Origin: a virus
Taxonomy: Duplodnaviria; Heunggongvirae; Uroviricota; Caudoviricetes
DNA: 64,000 bases
Virus record (IMG/VR): IMGVR_UViG_3300042879_003909
Location: 15,772-79,771 of that record
Reading direction: 5' to 3' (one strand)
Numbering within the stretch: the first letter of the stretch is position 1; each line of letters begins with the position of its first letter. Both the position numbers and the translations under genes were made by a program. This document shows positions 41,797-51,300 of this stretch, piece by piece. The notes under the pieces are model-generated. The model made no database searches. It had not been told where the DNA came from and was given only the letters and a program-made list of their open reading frames with translations.

Positions 41797-41808
41797 TTTT
41801 TGTGTATA
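41797..41808 (+). promoter_or_regulatory. Putative late promoter motif (T-rich GTGTA)
   Basis: TTTTTGTGTATA before tail tube gene. Confidence 0.5.
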
Positions 41809-41854
41809 TTTTTATACCAAGCCTATAGGTTTTTAAACATGGGAGTTAACTCAA

Positions 41855-42895
41855 ATGCCAAATAATAGAATATTTTATGCTTGTCAAGCGGTGGCCATCG
41901 CTAAGACAGGCTGGAGCAGTGGAGCCGAATTTAAGATCATGAAAGGTGTTCAGTCTGTCGGCCTGAATACTAATTTTACACTAGAGCAGGTTTTCGAGCT
42001 GGGGCAAGTAGAGCTTTATGCTAACGAAGAAGAAATTGCAGAAGTAGAAGTAACCATTGAAAAAGTTATCGATGGTGAACCTTTGCTTTATTTGCAAGCT
42101 GTTGGTAATATTGGTAAGACAAGTATCGTGGGAGCATCTAATAGTCGTGCTGACGTTTACTTAGCTATTTACGAAGATAATATTACCGGTATTGCTGCTC
42201 AGACGCCCGGTAGTGTTGTAATGTGCTCTGGTATGTTTGTAAGTTCTGTTTCTTACACCTATCCAGTAGATGGTAATGCTACTGAGTCCCTCACTCTGGT
42301 AGGAAATGAAAAAGTATGGAATAACCAAGTTCCAACTATTGTAGCTAATGCTATTACTAAATTTGTTGAAGATAATACTGAAGACAACGATTTTGATGGC
42401 ACTGACTTTCCGGTTTCTGGTATTGTTCGTCGAGCAAGAGTGAATATTCCACAATGCATTATTCCGCCAGAAGTTTGTACCCAAAGACATCAAGGCGTTA
42501 CTACTGTTGGAGCATCAACATTCCCTAATAGCGGTATTCAAAGTATTACTATTAGTGCCGACTTCGGTAGAGAAAACCAGTTGGAATTGGGTCGATTTGG
42601 TCCATACAATCGATATGCAACATTCCCATTCGAAGTTACTTGCGAGTTTGAAGTTAATGCAACTTCAGGCGATTTAATCTCGGTATCTGGTTTCGGTAGA
42701 AACTTAACCGATAGGTCAATCGTGATTCGTGACTTGGCGGGAACAGTGATTAACTTGGGCGGTAAGAATAGATTGACTTCTATCGCTTACAGCGGTGGAG
42801 ATACTGGTGGTGGTATTGCTACTATCACTTATTCTTACTCAACATATAATTCATTGAATGTTGATCATGGTGGTGTTAATGCAACGTATTACTAA
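41855..42895 (+). CDS. Major tail (tube) protein
   Basis: 346 aa, beta-rich, GVQSVG.NT.F.LEQVFELG, own promoter motif, upstream of chaperones and tape measure. Confidence 0.7.
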   Translation: MPNNRIFYACQAVAIAKTGWSSGAEFKIMKGVQSVGLNTNFTLEQVFELGQVELYANEEEIAEVEVTIEKVIDGEPLLYLQAVGNIGKTSIVGASNSRADVYLAIYEDNITGIAAQTPGSVVMCSGMFVSSVSYTYPVDGNATESLTLVGNEKVWNNQVPTIVANAITKFVEDNTEDNDFDGTDFPVSGIVRRARVNIPQCIIPPEVCTQRHQGVTTVGASTFPNSGIQSITISADFGRENQLELGRFGPYNRYATFPFEVTCEFEVNATSGDLISVSGFGRNLTDRSIVIRDLAGTVINLGGKNRLTSIAYSGGDTGGGIATITYSYSTYNSLNVDHGGVNATYY

Positions 42896-42935
42896 TCTGC
42901 GATAGCCATTAGGCGAGTAGATTTAGGACTTTAGG

Positions 42936-43979
42936 ATGGTTTTGGAAAATAAAATAAACAGTTTACTATATAGAATTATAAAAGGCCGCTTACGCCTGAG
43001 CGTGGGCGGTCTTTCTTTAATTATACAAGAACCAAATTCTGATTTAATAGAAGAATCTTATGAAGTATATGAATCTGTTTACAACGAACACTACGGAAAC
43101 GGTGACTGGGTAGAAGATGAATTAAAACAACATCTTGTAGAACAAGGACTTTGGACACCACTAGACGATAAAGAAATAGAAAAAATAAATAAAGAAATTG
43201 AAGACATAAAAGTAGAATGTTTTCAGAATTTTTTTAAAACCCGGGAATTGGTTCAGTTAAAAAGAAAAATTTTATTAAAACAAGAATCGGCCAGCGAGAT
43301 ATTGGGCCGTAAACATTCTTTAGATCATTTATGTTGTGAGAATGCGGCAGAAATGACCCGGCAAAACTGGCTACTCTCTAAAAGCTGTTTTTATAAAAAC
43401 TGGGAGCCCATAGACTGGACAAATATTAACTTTAGTAAAATTATGGATTTTTATAAAGAAAATATTATTGATCACTCTACTATCAGAAAGATTGCCCGGG
43501 GAAATGTTTGGCGCACCATCTGGGTTTCTAGCAAAAAGATAGACCTCTTCGATAGGCCCGGTATTGATTTAACTAGAGACCAGCTTACTCTTTGTTCTTA
43601 TTCAAATATGTATGACTCTGTCTACGAGAATCCTGAAAGCCCTAATGAAAAAATTATTGAGGATGACGATTGTCTAGACGGTTGGTTTATATTCCAAAGA
43701 CGCAAGCACGAAAAAGATAAAAAGCTTCAAGAGACCGAAAATCTTATTGCTAATCCTAAAATTAAAAACGCCAAAGAAGTTTTTGTTATGGCAAAAAATA
43801 AACAAGAGGCTGAATCCATTAATGATTTAAACAATGAATTATCAAAAGCGATTGTAGCCCAAAGGAAGAATATTATTAAAGAAAAAGGTTCTGCAAAAGA
43901 TACTGATTTCTTTGATGTACAGACAGATTTACAGATGGAAAGGCATCAGGCATTTATGAATAAAATGAAAGGAAGATAA
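42936..43979 (+). CDS. Hypothetical (tail assembly region)
   Basis: ORF track; synteny. Confidence 0.65.
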   Translation: MVLENKINSLLYRIIKGRLRLSVGGLSLIIQEPNSDLIEESYEVYESVYNEHYGNGDWVEDELKQHLVEQGLWTPLDDKEIEKINKEIEDIKVECFQNFFKTRELVQLKRKILLKQESASEILGRKHSLDHLCCENAAEMTRQNWLLSKSCFYKNWEPIDWTNINFSKIMDFYKENIIDHSTIRKIARGNVWRTIWVSSKKIDLFDRPGIDLTRDQLTLCSYSNMYDSVYENPESPNEKIIEDDDCLDGWFIFQRRKHEKDKKLQETENLIANPKIKNAKEVFVMAKNKQEAESINDLNNELSKAIVAQRKNIIKEKGSAKDTDFFDVQTDLQMERHQAFMNKMKGR

Positions 43980-44323
43980 TGGACGATTTTGATGAAATGT
44001 TAAAAGTGTCTTTAGAGCGAAAAAGACTAAAAGAGGAAGGGTTAAAGGATGTTTCAAAAAACAAACTTTATCAAGTATCAAAAAAGAAAATTTTGACTAC
44101 TATGATTGGGGCCCTAGATTCTATAGAAAAGAATTTTGGTTTTTTGTGGAGCGATTCTGAAAATATGACATCGCAGCAAAAACAAATGCGTTCGATTTAT
44201 GACCAAATCCGTTCTGAAATTTTAGATAAGGGAAATACCCAAATCAGAAATTTAGAAGCAGAGTTTTCTAATTATGATATTGTTTTTAGAAAATATAATA
44301 CAGTTATTCCGTTTAAGAAGTAG
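43979..44323 (+). CDS. Hypothetical (tail assembly region)
   Basis: ORF track. Confidence 0.65.
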   Translation: MDDFDEMLKVSLERKRLKEEGLKDVSKNKLYQVSKKKILTTMIGALDSIEKNFGFLWSDSENMTSQQKQMRSIYDQIRSEILDKGNTQIRNLEAEFSNYDIVFRKYNTVIPFKK

Positions 44324-44336
44324 GAGAGGATAAAAG

Positions 44337-45215
44337 ATGGCAAAAGTAGAAACAGTTAAGAGTAAAGATTTAAGTGGCGCAGAAGTTGTTCTTGTTGTAA
44401 AGTCGCCTTCGCCAAAAAATTTCAGAGATGCACAAGTTATTTACAATAAAGCTCTCAGAACAGCCTTGGAAGGTGGTTCTATTTTAAGACGCAAGCTTAA
44501 TGAGTTCTTGACCGAACAAAAAGTTTGGGATTCTGATAAAGAAAATAATTATCAAAAAATCCTAAAGGAAATTTCGGATCACGAAGACACAATTAAGGCT
44601 GGGGGTATTTCTCTCAAAAGAGCCAAAGAAGTGGCTCTAGAGCTTAGGGACTTGCGATTAAAGCTAAGAGAGCTATTGTCAGAGCGACAAACTTATGATG
44701 CTACTACGGCAGAAGGTCAAGCTGATAATACTCAGTTTAATTTTTTGGTTTCTGTCTGCACATTTAAGGAGGATGGAAATTCTCTAATGTGGTCTAAGCT
44801 AGAAGATTATGACAATTCCCGAGAGCCCTATGCCGCAGACGCCGCATCCACGCTCGCTAAGATGATTTATGATCTTGATCCAGATTACGACAATAATTTG
44901 GTAGAAAACAAATTCTTGAAAAAGTTCAAGTTCGTGCGAGATGACTTGCGATTGGTTAATAAGGATGGCCACCTAATTGATGAAGATGGTCGTCTGATTA
45001 ACGAAAACGGTCGATTTGTAGCCTACCGAGAAGATGGAACTCAGTATTTTGTTAATCGTGACGGCGAAGAAGTCGATGAAAGCGGAGAAAAGAAAATTAC
45101 CGTATTGCCATTTTTGGATGATGATGGAAACCCTATCGTAGAAGAAACGGTAGCCTCAGCATCAGAGCCAGAAAAGGTAGAAGAAAAAACGCAAGATGAA
45201 CCAGAAAATGTGTAA
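44337..45215 (+). CDS. Tail assembly chaperone-like protein (inferred)
   Basis: Charged, helical, immediately before tape measure gene. Confidence 0.45.
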   Translation: MAKVETVKSKDLSGAEVVLVVKSPSPKNFRDAQVIYNKALRTALEGGSILRRKLNEFLTEQKVWDSDKENNYQKILKEISDHEDTIKAGGISLKRAKEVALELRDLRLKLRELLSERQTYDATTAEGQADNTQFNFLVSVCTFKEDGNSLMWSKLEDYDNSREPYAADAASTLAKMIYDLDPDYDNNLVENKFLKKFKFVRDDLRLVNKDGHLIDEDGRLINENGRFVAYREDGTQYFVNRDGEEVDESGEKKITVLPFLDDDGNPIVEETVASASEPEKVEEKTQDEPENV

Positions 45216-45243
45216 TTAATAGCGGGGATAGTGTGTTTTGTAG

Positions 45244-45285
45244 GGCAGTCCATGTATAGGTATTATATGTGGTCTGCCTTTTTTT
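45244..45285 (+). terminator. Rho-independent terminator-like hairpin before tape measure gene
   Basis: GGCAGtCCATGTATA-ggtat-TATATGTGGtCTGCC then T7. Confidence 0.65.
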
Positions 45286-45301
45286 ATAGGAAGAAAAAAC
45301 A

Positions 45302-48300
45302 ATGGCAAATTTCGTTTTAACTGCTCAAATAGCTTTGCAGGCACCTAGAAACGTTAATCAGGTTGTTAGTCAGATCAGAAGGCAGCTACAAGGAATTAGT
45401 GTTAACATTAAAGTAAACGCTAATACTCAAGCTCTTAATAATACTAATGCACAATTAGCGACTACTACTAAATCGGCAAGAGCGGCTGAAAAATCTATTT
45501 CCGATCTTGGTAGAAGTCTGGGACTTGCCGCTAGACGTTTTGGGGCTATTGCCATTGCCACAGGAACCTTTTTAAGTTTAAGCCGGGCCATTAAATCGTC
45601 TCTCGGGGATGCTATAGAGTTTGAACGCCAGTTTGTTAACTTATCACAGGTTACAGGAAAATCCGTCAAAGACCTAAGAGATATTTCGCAGGAAATTACG
45701 CGACTATCTACCGGGCTGGGTGTTTCATCCGACCAACTGCTTAGAACCTCTGTTATATTAGCACAGGCGGGCCTAGAAGCTAGAAAAACTAAGGCTGCTC
45801 TTGAGGTATTGGCAAAAACAGAGCTTGCATCTTCTTTCGATAATATAGAAAACACTACCGAAGGTGCTATTGCTATCTTGAGCCAGTTTAGAAAAGAAGC
45901 TGCTGCTGCTGGTGGAGACGTTGCTTATTTAGAGAGGGCCTTGGGCGCAATCAACGATGTTAGTAAAAGATTTGCGGTTGAGTCTGCTGACTTGGTTGCT
46001 GTTATTCGTCGCTCTGGTGGTGCGTTTGAGGCTGCTGGTGGCTCATTAAATGAATTATTGGCCCTGTTTACCTCTGTTCGTGCTACAACCCGCGAATCTG
46101 CTGAAACGATTGCTACCGGCTTGCGTACTATCTTTACACGTATTCAAAGAGTTGATACGATTAGACAGTTGCAGGAGTTGGGCATTGCGCTTCAGGATGC
46201 AGAGGGTAAATTCGTTGGTCCATTTGAGGCTATCAAGCGTATTTCTGAGGGTCTTTCTGGACTGGACCCTAGAGACTTTAGGTTTGCCGCTATTGTGGAA
46301 GAGCTTGGTGGATTCCGTCAAATCGGTAAAGTTATTCCTCTTATCAAACAATTTGCCGTAGCTCAAGATGCGCTAAATGTTGCTCAAGGGGCTTCAGGAA
46401 GCTTGGCAAAAGACGCTGAGATAGCACAGCAGTCTTTAGCTAATCAAATATCGAAGGTAAAGCAAGAATTTCAGGCATTAATTAGAGACTTTGTTGACAG
46501 TAGTGGTTTTCAGTCTGTAGCTAGGGGCGCTCTAAAATTTGCAAGTGCATTGATTAGAATCGCTGATGCTTTAGAGCCAATACTGCCCTTAATTGCTAGT
46601 TTAGCAGCTTTACAAATCGGAAAAGGCTTAATACCCGCTCTTGGGGCCTTAACTGGGGTAACTCGTAGAAATCAGGGTGGTAAAATTCATGCTTTTGCTA
46701 GCGGCGGTTTTGTACCGGGCGTAGGTAATCGTGATACCGTTCCTGCCATGATGACCCCGGGCGAATTTGTTATTAGAAAAAGCAGTGTTAAAAAAATTGG
46801 TGCCGAAAATTTACAAAAATTAAATAAAGGCGGAGCTGTGGATGAATTATCACCCATTAGACCGTCATTGACAAAAAGATATGACTCTGGAGATTTAAAT
46901 AGATATAAAAATCCTACATATGATACATATTCAAAACCAAAAATTAGTAGACAGAGACTAGATTTAGATTATAATAACTCTAGAGCAGAAGCTCAGAAAA
47001 TTTTTGATAAAGCAGTTGCCAAAAAAAATAAATACAAAGATCCGCAGAAAGGGTTAGCAGAAGCTAATAAATATATTAAGTCGCAAACCGGAGAGCTATC
47101 GCAAAATTTAGGGGCCGAATTAGATCAACCCACTAATCGATCATTAAATAAAATTGCTGGAGCACTAGCAGAAAAACGAGTCAGTGAATTATATAATAAT
47201 AAGCTAGTTAGAATAGCAGATAGAGATGGGGCAGATTTTTACGACAAAAATATGGATGAATATATTGAAGTTAAAAATAAAATTGCCACAACAACAAATG
47301 ATGAATTAACAGCCAAAGCCTTATTGGCACACGGGACATCACAGAATTATAAAAATAAAAAATCAGAAAACGTTAAGTCTCTTACGATAAAACTTTTAAC
47401 AACTAATATAAAAGATATACCAAAGAAAAATATAGGAGGAATGATTCAAAAATTTGCCGCTGGTGGTATCGTAGATGTTATTAAAGGTAATCAGCCCGTT
47501 GGCATATTAACTACTGATGATAATAGCACAGCGCCCTATTCAATAAGACCTGATTATAGCCAATCATTTAAACAACAATTAGCCGTAGCAGAACCAAGCA
47601 TCATAAAGCAGGGGCAAGAATTACCCTATATTGATGTTAATCAATTTGGCTTAAATCAATCTGCCGAATCTGGTATTGGTAAAAAGCTAAGACAAAACTT
47701 AATTTCTAATGCCGCAAATGCAGTAAACGTTACGGCCGGGCAAATGTCTGATGTCTTCAAGGGCCTCGGTATTGGTGTTAATGCTAAAAATCTAGTGCCA
47801 GAATCAGAAGCTAAAAAGGCTATTACTGGTAGCGTTGTTGGAACCATGTTTGAATCTTTAGTCCGGGGCGTTTCTAATGCTTCAGGTTCAGATCTTAAAG
47901 ATTCTGGATATTTTGACTTTGTGGGCCCTATTTCTGATCAGGCTACGCAGTTATTTGAAAAATCTGGTCAAATTAATGCTAGTCAGTATAAAGATGCTAA
48001 GGCCGGGGCTATTAAGGCTCAAAATATTGCTAGTAAAGTTATAAATCAGGCAGCAGAAGAATATGGCATGCAGGGGGTTATTAAATCCACTGTTGGAACT
48101 GCTAGATCGATGGAAGATATAGTGTCTAAACTTCCCGCAGGTCTTCGTGCAGATTTTGCGAATCCTGCAAAGGGTGTAACAGCTTCAAAATTAAAACCTT
48201 ATTACAAAGCTAAAAATGTTGATGAGCTTGTAAGACTATTAAGAGATAAAGGTCTTGATATTGAAACTAAGCCAAGAAAAGACGGCGGAACAGATATCTT

Positions 48301-51300
48301 CGCTAAAAATATTAGCGGAATGGCTACTGGAGGAGCCGCATCTGATACTCAACCAGCCATGTTAACGCCGGGCGAATTTGTTGTCAATAAGAAAAAAGCC
48401 CAAGAGATTGGTTATTCTACTTTACATAAAATGAATAAAACCGGAAAGATTCCGGGCTATGCCAAAGGGGGCGTAGTGGGATATGCTAATGGTGGGCCAG
48501 TTAATCCTAATTTACAACCGCCTAAACGACCTCCCGGTGGCGTGCCTTCTATTCCATTAGATGAATTTGCTGCAATGTTTAACGAAATTATTAAAGCTGG
48601 GGGAGGTGTTGTAACTTCTGCCGAGGCCGTAAGAAAAACTTATCTTCAAATGTTATCTAATAATACTAATTTTACTAAAGCAGAAAAACAAAAAATAAAT
48701 AATCTTTATGCTATTGCAAAAAAAAGAGAAGCAGCAGAACAAAAATTAATTGACGATTATAAGAAACAACAGGCTGCTATTCAAGACTCTACAGACGCGC
48801 AAAATAAACTAAAAGATAGGTTCTCTAAAATAGCTAGTTCAGCTCAGCAATTTATATTTTTAGGTTCCGCTGTGGCATCTGTAGCTGCTCAATTTAGCAG
48901 TCTTGATAGAGCTACCGCAGACGCCTTGACGGAAACGCTGACTTTTGGTTCTACTATTCTTGGTATTGGTGGGACAATAGCAGATTTAATTTTAAGTACT
49001 GGGGCCGCTGATATAGCCCTAAAGTACTTTACTACTTCTGTTACAGCAGCCGCTAATGCTGCTTCTGGTCAGGCGGCTACTGCTGCTAGCGGCGGCGGTT
49101 TAATGGCTGGATTAATGAAATTTGCAATGAATCCTTTGACTTTAGCTATTGCTGCCGCTGCTGCTGCTATTTTAGGAACGATTTATTTCTTTGAAGCGAA
49201 AGCAAGAAAAACAGCGGAGCAGTTAAATAAAGCAGCCGACGAAATATTACAGTCGGCAGAACAGGGCAAGGGGGGATCTTTAGAGTCTTTTGTTGGAACA
49301 AGAGTTCAGGCAACTATGGCCGCTCAAAAAGCTCCTTCTTACGCATTTACAGGAGAGGCCGAAAAACAAAAAGAAATAGACGCAACTAGACAAGCTGCCG
49401 CATCTCTATATAACATGACTGTAGCATCTAGATTATTAGAAGAAAAACTATTGTCTATAGAAAAAAATGTCGGTTTTACATCTTTGGAACAAGCTTCATT
49501 ATCAATTAATGAAATTGCTAAGGCTTCTTCCCAAGCAAGTAAAGAGTTTGCCAAATCTTCTCAGGGCTTAATAGGCGTTTCCGGAGGAAAAAGAATAGAA
49601 GATCTTTCTGGAATCGCTAAAACAAGCGCTGAAGATTTTGATAAAGCTATGAAAATTGCCCAAGAGCAAATGTCTTCGACTTTAGGTAAAGGTAATCAAG
49701 AATTACAAAAAGCTATAGAAGCAAGTATTCAAAACTACGATTTTTCTACTGGCCAAAATCCTGTAAAAGATATACTTTCTGGATCATTAGGAAATAATCT
49801 TGAAACTTTAAATAAAATTATCGCTGAACAAGCTCAGGTTCAGGCACAAGAGGTAGCAGAAAGGGCTAAAGCTACTAAAAACTTTAGCCAAGCTGAGGCT
49901 GAAATTGAGCAAATTAGAAAAAATGCGGCACGATCTCAGGCCGACAATGTAATAGCCGCAGAATCTCAAATAGAGGCCGCTCGCAAACAAAGAGAATCAT
50001 CAGCATTGATTACTAAGGCTTTAACCGAGCAGAAAAATGAAATAATGCAAGCCAATAGTGCTATTAAATTTTTTAGTGCTACGCTTGAAAATATATCACA
50101 ATATAATAAATCTTTAGAATCAAATATGTCTCGCCTGAATACGGGTATTACCACCACATCTGTTTCAAACGTTCAGGGTATTGGTAATCTTAACGAAATA
50201 ATCGATCCAAAAGTATTCAACGATCAGCTCTCTAAGGCGGTTAAACCTTTTGGGGCTTTTGGAGATGAGGTTAATAAAAACTTAACTTCTACGGCTGAAT
50301 TATTAGATAAAGCTAGGAAAAAACTTTTGAATGTTAGCTTTGGAGAGGCGGATATTCAGGCAGCTATTAATGATTTATTTCAAGGAGTAAATATATCTCC
50401 TGCTTTAAAATCTGCTATTTCTGGATTGATTCAAGATGCCACAAAAGCATCTAGCGAAGGGCTTTCTACTATTACCGCCACAGAGTTTGAAAATATATTT
50501 TCTCCTTTAATTGCTCAGTCTGAGCCTTTTAGAAAGGCTGTTGAAGGATTAATTAATACTCAAAATGAATTGATTAATGCAAATATTGCATATTTGAACG
50601 AAATAAATAAAGCTAGACAAGAAGAAATAGATGGAAAACGTAAACTTGTAGATATTGAAACAAGGCTACAAGAAAGATTGGCTACTGTTTCACAAAAAAG
50701 TCTAAGTTCTCAGCAAAAAGAAGCAGCGAGAAATGCCAGAAGGGGTTTTGGTGCAGAAAATAGGGCTGGACTATTGGCTAATTTCAAACAAGTGTCAGAT
50801 GATATGAGAACGGCTGGGGAAAATATTAAAAATTCTACCGATAAGGGAGTTGTTGAAACCACAAAACTTCAAAATGCTCAAGCTAAATTGTCTGTAGAAT
50901 TTAATAATTTAAAAGGCATAGTAGAAGAATTAGCCGACCAAAGCGAAAGAGCCGCAGATGTAATGTCTGAAATAGATAAAGAGCGAGCTAAAAGAGATAC
51001 GCTAACTAAAATTGTTGAAGACTTTGTTGTTGGGGGAAATCAAGAGCGTACTAGTATAGCTCAGTCTTTTCAGGGTGTTCAATTTGCTGCCGCTACCGGA
51101 AGCCTCCAAGGGCTTGATGAAGAACAACGAAAAACTACTTTTGGATTATTGAGTCAGTTAGCAGATGTAGACGATAGATTTAAGGCATTAAAACAAAATT
51201 TAATTTTTTCTGATGCTGTTAGAATGGGATTAGATCCAAAGGTAGCTAAAGCACTGGCTACACAAACACCAAAAGAAGAACAATTAATTAATGAACTAAG

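Noticed and set aside
39733-45215. Contractile tail sheath gene
   Set aside because: No ORF of suitable size or motif lies between the neck and tape measure genes.
42936-45301. Programmed frameshift in the tail chaperone genes
   Set aside because: No convincing slippery heptamer with an overlapping downstream frame was found by eye.
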